Positions 58,505 through 64,000 of a stretch of 64,000 nucleotides of DNA are shown one piece after another. This stretch comes from the human T2T-CHM13v2.0 reference genome, Homo sapiens, in NCBI RefSeq assembly GCF_009914755.1, contig NC_060942.1; one strand, given 5' to 3'. The translations under genes and the position numbers were made by a program. Below the pieces are notes generated by a model. The model ran no database searches. It saw only the letters and a program-made list of their open reading frames with translations, and had not been told where the DNA came from. Each line of letters opens with the position of its first letter. Position 1 is the stretch's first letter.

Positions 58505-59858
58505 CTGTGACCCCTTTAAAACCTTAACTTAGCTATAGTCAGCCAGGATAAATAAAGCACAAGTTTAAATGTCGTTTGTTCAAAATCCAATTAAAGTTGA
58601 CTGTGACAGCCAACAAAAAGACTAAACATGTGACATAGGGCTGTATATGACAACTGGTAAGAGATTCAAAGGAATTCAATATGATCTCATGAAGAATGAA
58701 AAATACCTCTTTTCTTAAAAACATGTTAACACCTAATAAATATCATAACTCAGAAGATGGCCAGAAAAAAAGGGCTTAATATTAGATGATCGTCAAGTAA
58801 GAATATAATTAAAATTTTAATATATATGTCTACTCCTCATTGAAAACCTATACCTGAGTTTTCAAACATTTTCCAGTTGCTAAGTACTACACCTCCTTAA
58901 TTTCATTCATTAAAAATTATTATTTTTTATACTCATGAAGTGCTGTGATAGGTGTTGGGGGAGATATAAGAATTAATACATTACTTCCTCTCTGTAGACA
59001 TCTAGGAATGTCCCACTGGCCCCTTACCCTGGCTCCAGGAGCTCAATCTGCTCTACAAGGATGATTTTATGAAAGCCAGGTGCAACACATTGCTCATTCC
59101 TTGTGAATATTTACAGCCCAGCCTTGAAAAGGCTGTGTATGTATATGTATATGTATATGGTGTATATATAGATATATTTCAGTGACAACATAAGCAATTT
59201 TCCCCCAAAATATAAGTAACAGAATAAAAACTATTAACTCCTCTTCCTTTCTTTTTTCTTTTCCTCTTTTTGTTAGGGTGGACTATCCTTTTGCTGAGCA
59301 GGACTGAAATATAAAACAGAAAACCTGAGAGGGAAGAAGTAACGCTATATAGAAGACAATTCATAATGTAAAAAGGTCTGCATGGAAGAGGATTGAAGAG
59401 CCAGATGACAGATGAGAGCCAAAAGGTTTGGAGGTATTTAGAAGGATTGCTGCTGAGAATTGTTGAATTTAAATTTTTAATCCAATCTGTTTTAGCAGGA
59501 GATTTCAACACAATTACCAATAACGTCAATTATTTAATAATTTGATGGAAAACAACTTGTAAAGAGTCAGTGAGAATCAACATTTTTGTGGTGAGTTTAC
59601 TTTTTAGTCCAACTCTCTCAGTCCCTTTACAGGGACATTCAACATCCTTGCAAAACATTTGTGGGAGCAAATGGAGAACTTGGCTCCAGAATTGGTACCA
59701 ACAAACTCCCATTTGAGCTTCTTTCATTTGAGCCCACAGTTTCTTACTCTTATTTTTCCTGTATGTCTTACTCATGTTGGCTTTGGATACTTACCTTGGA
59801 CTCTTAGATCTGATGAAGCATTTAATTGGATGTGTTTCTTCAGTTTATTTTCTCGGAC

Positions 59859-60162
59859 TTTTTTTTTTTTTTTTTTTTGTTTTTTTTTTTGTGATGGAGT
59901 CTCGCTCGTCGCCCAGGCTGGAGTGCAGTGGCGCCATCACTGCAAGCTCCGCCTCCCAGGTTCACGCCATTCTCCTGCCTCAGCCTCCCGAGTAGCTGGG
60001 ACTACAGGCGCCCGCCACCACACCCGGCTAATTTTTTGTATTTTTAGTAGAGACGGGGTTTCACCATGTTAGCCAGGATGGTCTGATCTCCTGACCTCGT
60101 GATCCGCCCGCCTCGGTCTCCCAAAGTGCTGGGATTACAGGCATGAGCCACCACGCCTGGCC
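59859..60162 (-). mobile_element. AluY SINE
   Basis: gcaagctccgcctcccaggttcacgccattctc and gttagccaggatggtc; many CpGs; small internal deletions. Confidence 0.95.
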
Positions 60163-60379
60163 TTGGACATGTTTCTGATAATTCTGAGAAAAAATACTCA
60201 CCTTTTACCCTAACATAGGACACTCAAATTACCAGAAACAAACTTTTCCTCATTTTTCTGGTGGAAGAGATTTTTTCTGGATACAGTTACTCAGGACCTG
60301 GTGTATTAGCTGCAGGCAACACATGGAGTCCTTATAACTCTAAAATCTGTGCTATGCTTCCCAGAAACACCTATGTACT

Positions 60380-61130
60380 GTTCAAGATTCTTACAGTTTC
60401 AAGTGACAGAAATGGAACTGGATGTAGCCTAAGCAGAAAAAAATAAATGAAAAAAAAAGGAAAGGGGTGCATAGAGGGATTTATTGGCTCATATAATTGA
60501 ATTAAAAAATCCATTGGCAGATGGCTTCAGGCACTGGAAGATCTGAGGCCCATAATGTTTTCAGCTTTCTCTTTTTTACTCTCTCTTTTACTCTTCCTCC
60601 ATTTCTCAGACATAATCTTTCTCAGACATAATGGCAAAAGGTAGCCATTTTGCCAACCTGAGATTAAATCTTGCTAAATTATAAAATTGTATGAATCAAT
60701 CAAGATTCTTGGTTACAAAACGGAAGCTTAATTCATAACTTATGTAAATAAGAAAAATTATTAAATGAATATTCAGTAGTCCACCAAATTAATGAGAGGT
60801 CTAGGAAATGGGCTGGAAAAATCGGCATATGTTATAGAAGCGAGAATCCCAAATCACAGCACAGGATGGATCAAGATGCTGCTTTGAAGGCACTAGTCAC
60901 TCCCTCCTGCTGGTACTACTAGTGTTGGACGATAGAAAACTGGTCCAAAGTAACTCTTATTTTCTGAACTAAACTCACAAAGCTTTCTATGTATTCCTGA
61001 ATAGCAGTATCAGAGTAGAGTACTATAGGTCTTATACTTATGTTTTAATTGCCGGAGAGCAGATAAGGAGGTTCTGTGCCCTCTTCTGCTTTTATAATGA
61101 ATGGGTCCTGCTTCTAAACAAGGTCTAAAT
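60380..61130 (-). mobile_element. Two very old MLT1-type LTR remnants (about 60380-60660 and 60690-61130)
   Basis: caagtgacagaaa...gatttattggctcatataattgaa...ggcttcaggca, and a second caagattcttggttacaa... start. Confidence 0.5.
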
Positions 61131-61138
61131 AATGAGAG

Positions 61139-61441
<303 letters not shown>

Positions 61442-61539
61442 TTAAATAAATAAATAAATAATGAGAATTCCATTCATATAGAAAATACTTTCAGATGCTG
61501 TGTTTCAAAAATTGACAAATACCCATTATAGTCTACATT

Positions 61540-62680
61540 TTTAGTAGAGAGGAAGAGAAGATGAATTTAAGTATTTAAATGCATAAATGACACATAAAAG
61601 AAGGAAGAAAAAGTAGGTAGAAGTTACAGTCCTTGTTTCTTTATTTGGGGGTTAGAACTGGCATGTATAAATTCTTTTCTACAATGTGCTTCACAATTCC
61701 TTTTACTTGAGCTAAGAACTGAGTTGCTTGGTGTTAAATTATTTGTTAAGTGGGGTGATCTGGGGGCCCTCAGTGAACTTACTTTTATAAGGTTTTCATA
61801 GTTTTCTATCAGTTGTTACTACTGAACATCAAATCCAAGAAATCTCTGAATTTCCATTGTGAAGTAGCAATGTGTTTTCTATTTCATTGTCAATAACTGT
61901 AACTCAAATGCAATATAATCTCCTTGCTGCTTTTGCTCGCTTTGGAAGAACAGGCTCAACACAGTGAGGTGGAATTACCAGCTTTTGGTTAAATGCAACC
62001 CTTGGTGAGCAAAGTGTTCCCTACAAGCTAGCACTTTCATTGAGGCTTCCACATGTCATTTCTTTTTTCTATAAAGCCAGCTAATTTTATTTGATTCTCA
62101 CTTAAAGCCAGTGATTCTTTGGAATATCATCCCAACTACTTACTTCTTTTGCTGTACAATGATTTCCTGGTCATAAGCGATGCTGTTAGCATAAAATGAT
62201 GGTGTAGTAGTTAAACAATAAGGCTACAACTAGTATGGCTTGCTAAATGATAAAATCCAAAACAGAATCAATTTATCTTCTAGTGATGACAGGTTGTTTC
62301 CCTCGAAGGTGGAAGGTATTGAAGGCGTGAGCCTGTCCTCAGGCATCTGGTTGTTCTTAGATAAGAGGTTCAAATTTGTTGCCTGCTGCTGTGCATTAGG
62401 TTCTCACCTGGGTGGTAGACAAATCAGTTTATATGAACTAAATCCTACCAACATATTTTTATGCATTTCTTGGTAGTCTTTCAATTAACTTCATATCTGC
62501 TTAAGCTAGCTGATATAAGTCTCTTGGTATACTATCAATACCTCTGAATATTTCAGGCATTTGGTTCACAGAATAAAGACTTCTCTTGCCATCCATGGAG
62601 GGAGGTGGGACCTTGCTTTCTAACAATTTCCAGGCGATGATGAACTCTCTCAAAAAGTTAGGATGTTTATATGGTCAGAA
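61540..62680 (-). mobile_element. Possible highly decayed ERVL/MaLR internal sequence
   Basis: aagttacagtccttgtttct and neighbouring sequence resemble the antisense ERVL/MLT internal 3' region next to an MLT1 LTR; recognition is weak. Confidence 0.35.
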
Positions 62681-62682
62681 AT

Positions 62683-63169
62683 TATACTGGTTTCTCATAG
62701 CTGCTATAACAAATTTAATGCCTTAAAATAACACAAATGTATTCTCCCACAGTTCTGTGGGTCAGAAGAGTGTGAAATCAGTTTCACTGGGAAGGTGTTA
62801 GTAGGCTTGTCCCTTTTGGAACCTCTGAGGGGAGATTCCAGTTTGTGCCTTTTCAATTTTCTAGCATCTGCTGGCTTTCCTTGGCTTGTGCCCCCTTCCT
62901 CCATCTTCAAAGTGCATCACTCAGATCTGCTTCTATTGTCACATAGCTTTCTTTCTCTCTGTAGTCAGGTTATCTTCCTCAACCTCCCTCTTATGAGGCC
63001 ATTTGTGATTGCATTTAGGGCCCATTTGGATAATTCAGGATAACATCTCAAATTCAAGATGCTTAATTCAATCACATATGCAAAGTTATTTTTGTCGTAT
63101 AAGATAACATCCAAAGGCTCCAGGGATGAAGACTTAGGTATCTTTGGGATTATTATTCACCCTGCCCCA
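62683..63169 (-). mobile_element. MLT1D-like MaLR solo LTR
   Basis: gctgctataacaaatt...cacagttctgtgggtcagaag...ccttcctccatcttcaaag...cttaattcaatcacatatgcaaag. Confidence 0.85.
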
Positions 63170-63361
63170 GGAACAGATTCTACCATATGGGAAAATGAAA
63201 CACAGAACAAAACAAAAACACTTCAAGCAGTAAAAAAAAAAATCCCACCTCTAATGGAAACTTTGAATGGTTTACTTGAGTCACATGTCCTTCTCTGAAT
63301 CTAAGAGTCGGTTGAGAATAATCCCATCCAATTGACATAGAATTGATTTCCCAAGGAAATG

Positions 63362-63590
63362 GCTAATATTTACAAAGCATTTAATAAATGCTTGACACTG
63401 TGTTAAGCACTTTGCTTAGGTTATCTTTTGTAGTTCTCCCAATTATCCTACAAATAAAGAACAATAATTACCTACGTTTCACAAATGAGAAAAGTGAGGC
63501 ACAGGGAGGTACATAACTGGTACCAAAGTTGCAGAGAAGTGGGATATGAATCCAGACATTTTAATTTCAAAGCCCACATGTTTAACCGTT
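63362..63590 (-). mobile_element. MIR SINE
   Basis: cactgtgttaagcacttt...ttcacaaatgagaaaagtgaggcacagggagg...gggatatgaatccag. Confidence 0.8.
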
Positions 63591-63651
63591 AAGGGAAAAA
63601 TGAGAGGCAAATAAAAAGGTCTCCACTACCAGCTGTGAGTATACTGTGAGT

Positions 63652-64000
63652 GTGTTGTCGCTGACTGGATTCTCCTTAAGCAGGGACCGAGATGGAGTTT
63701 GGGGTGTAAGATGGCTGTCACATCTGCAAAAGGTAAGAAAGAGAAGGGAACAGAATTGGGCAGAAGGAGAAGTCAAACTTTGACACAGATTTGACAAAAC
63801 TTGGTCAACTAGATTAGCTCTGGAGCAAATTTTGCCCATCGGAGTGTCTTCCATTGTTTTTCTCCTATAACAAGGCCTTTATATGGTCACTTTGCTCAGT
63901 CACTGTGGTGGGTTGTTGTGGGAAAGACATAACCTCAGGCAAGGTGGTTCTTAGGAGTTGAGGCAAATCCTAAAGGAGCCAACAGCTCGAGGCTGTCTGC
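63652..64000 (-). mobile_element. ERVL LTR (LTR33-like), runs off the window end
   Basis: gagatggagtttggggtgtaagatg...gaattgggcagaaggagaagtcaaac...gctcagtcac...gacataacctcaggcaaggtgg. Confidence 0.6.

Overview
This is AT-rich primate (human-like) nuclear DNA made largely of interspersed repeats. I found no recognisable host protein-coding exon, RNA gene or CRISPR array. The main content is: (1) a young full-length L1PA2-like LINE-1 (29565-35615, -) with intact ORF1 and ORF0 and a broken ORF2; (2) two older full-length L1s (about 457-7335, +; about 47659-54990, -) with tandem-repeat 5'UTRs; (3) a chimeric old L1 hosting a complete THE1A MaLR provirus; and (4) Alus, L2, MIR, MaLR/ERVL LTRs and hAT/mariner MITEs. 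Almost all ORFs in the track are retroelement remnants or chance ORFs. The best second-look signals are a probable ancient L1 3' transduction (46916-55014), a near-colinear L1-L1 chimeric junction at about 36425, an unassigned 117-bp palindrome (12822-12938), a TSD-less AluY replacing about 46 bp of L1, and an L1 antisense-promoter/ORF0 unit pointing at a THE1A LTR poly(A) signal. Subfamily names come from recalled consensus features and need RepeatMasker/Dfam confirmation. I cannot support a claim of a wholly new biological system here.
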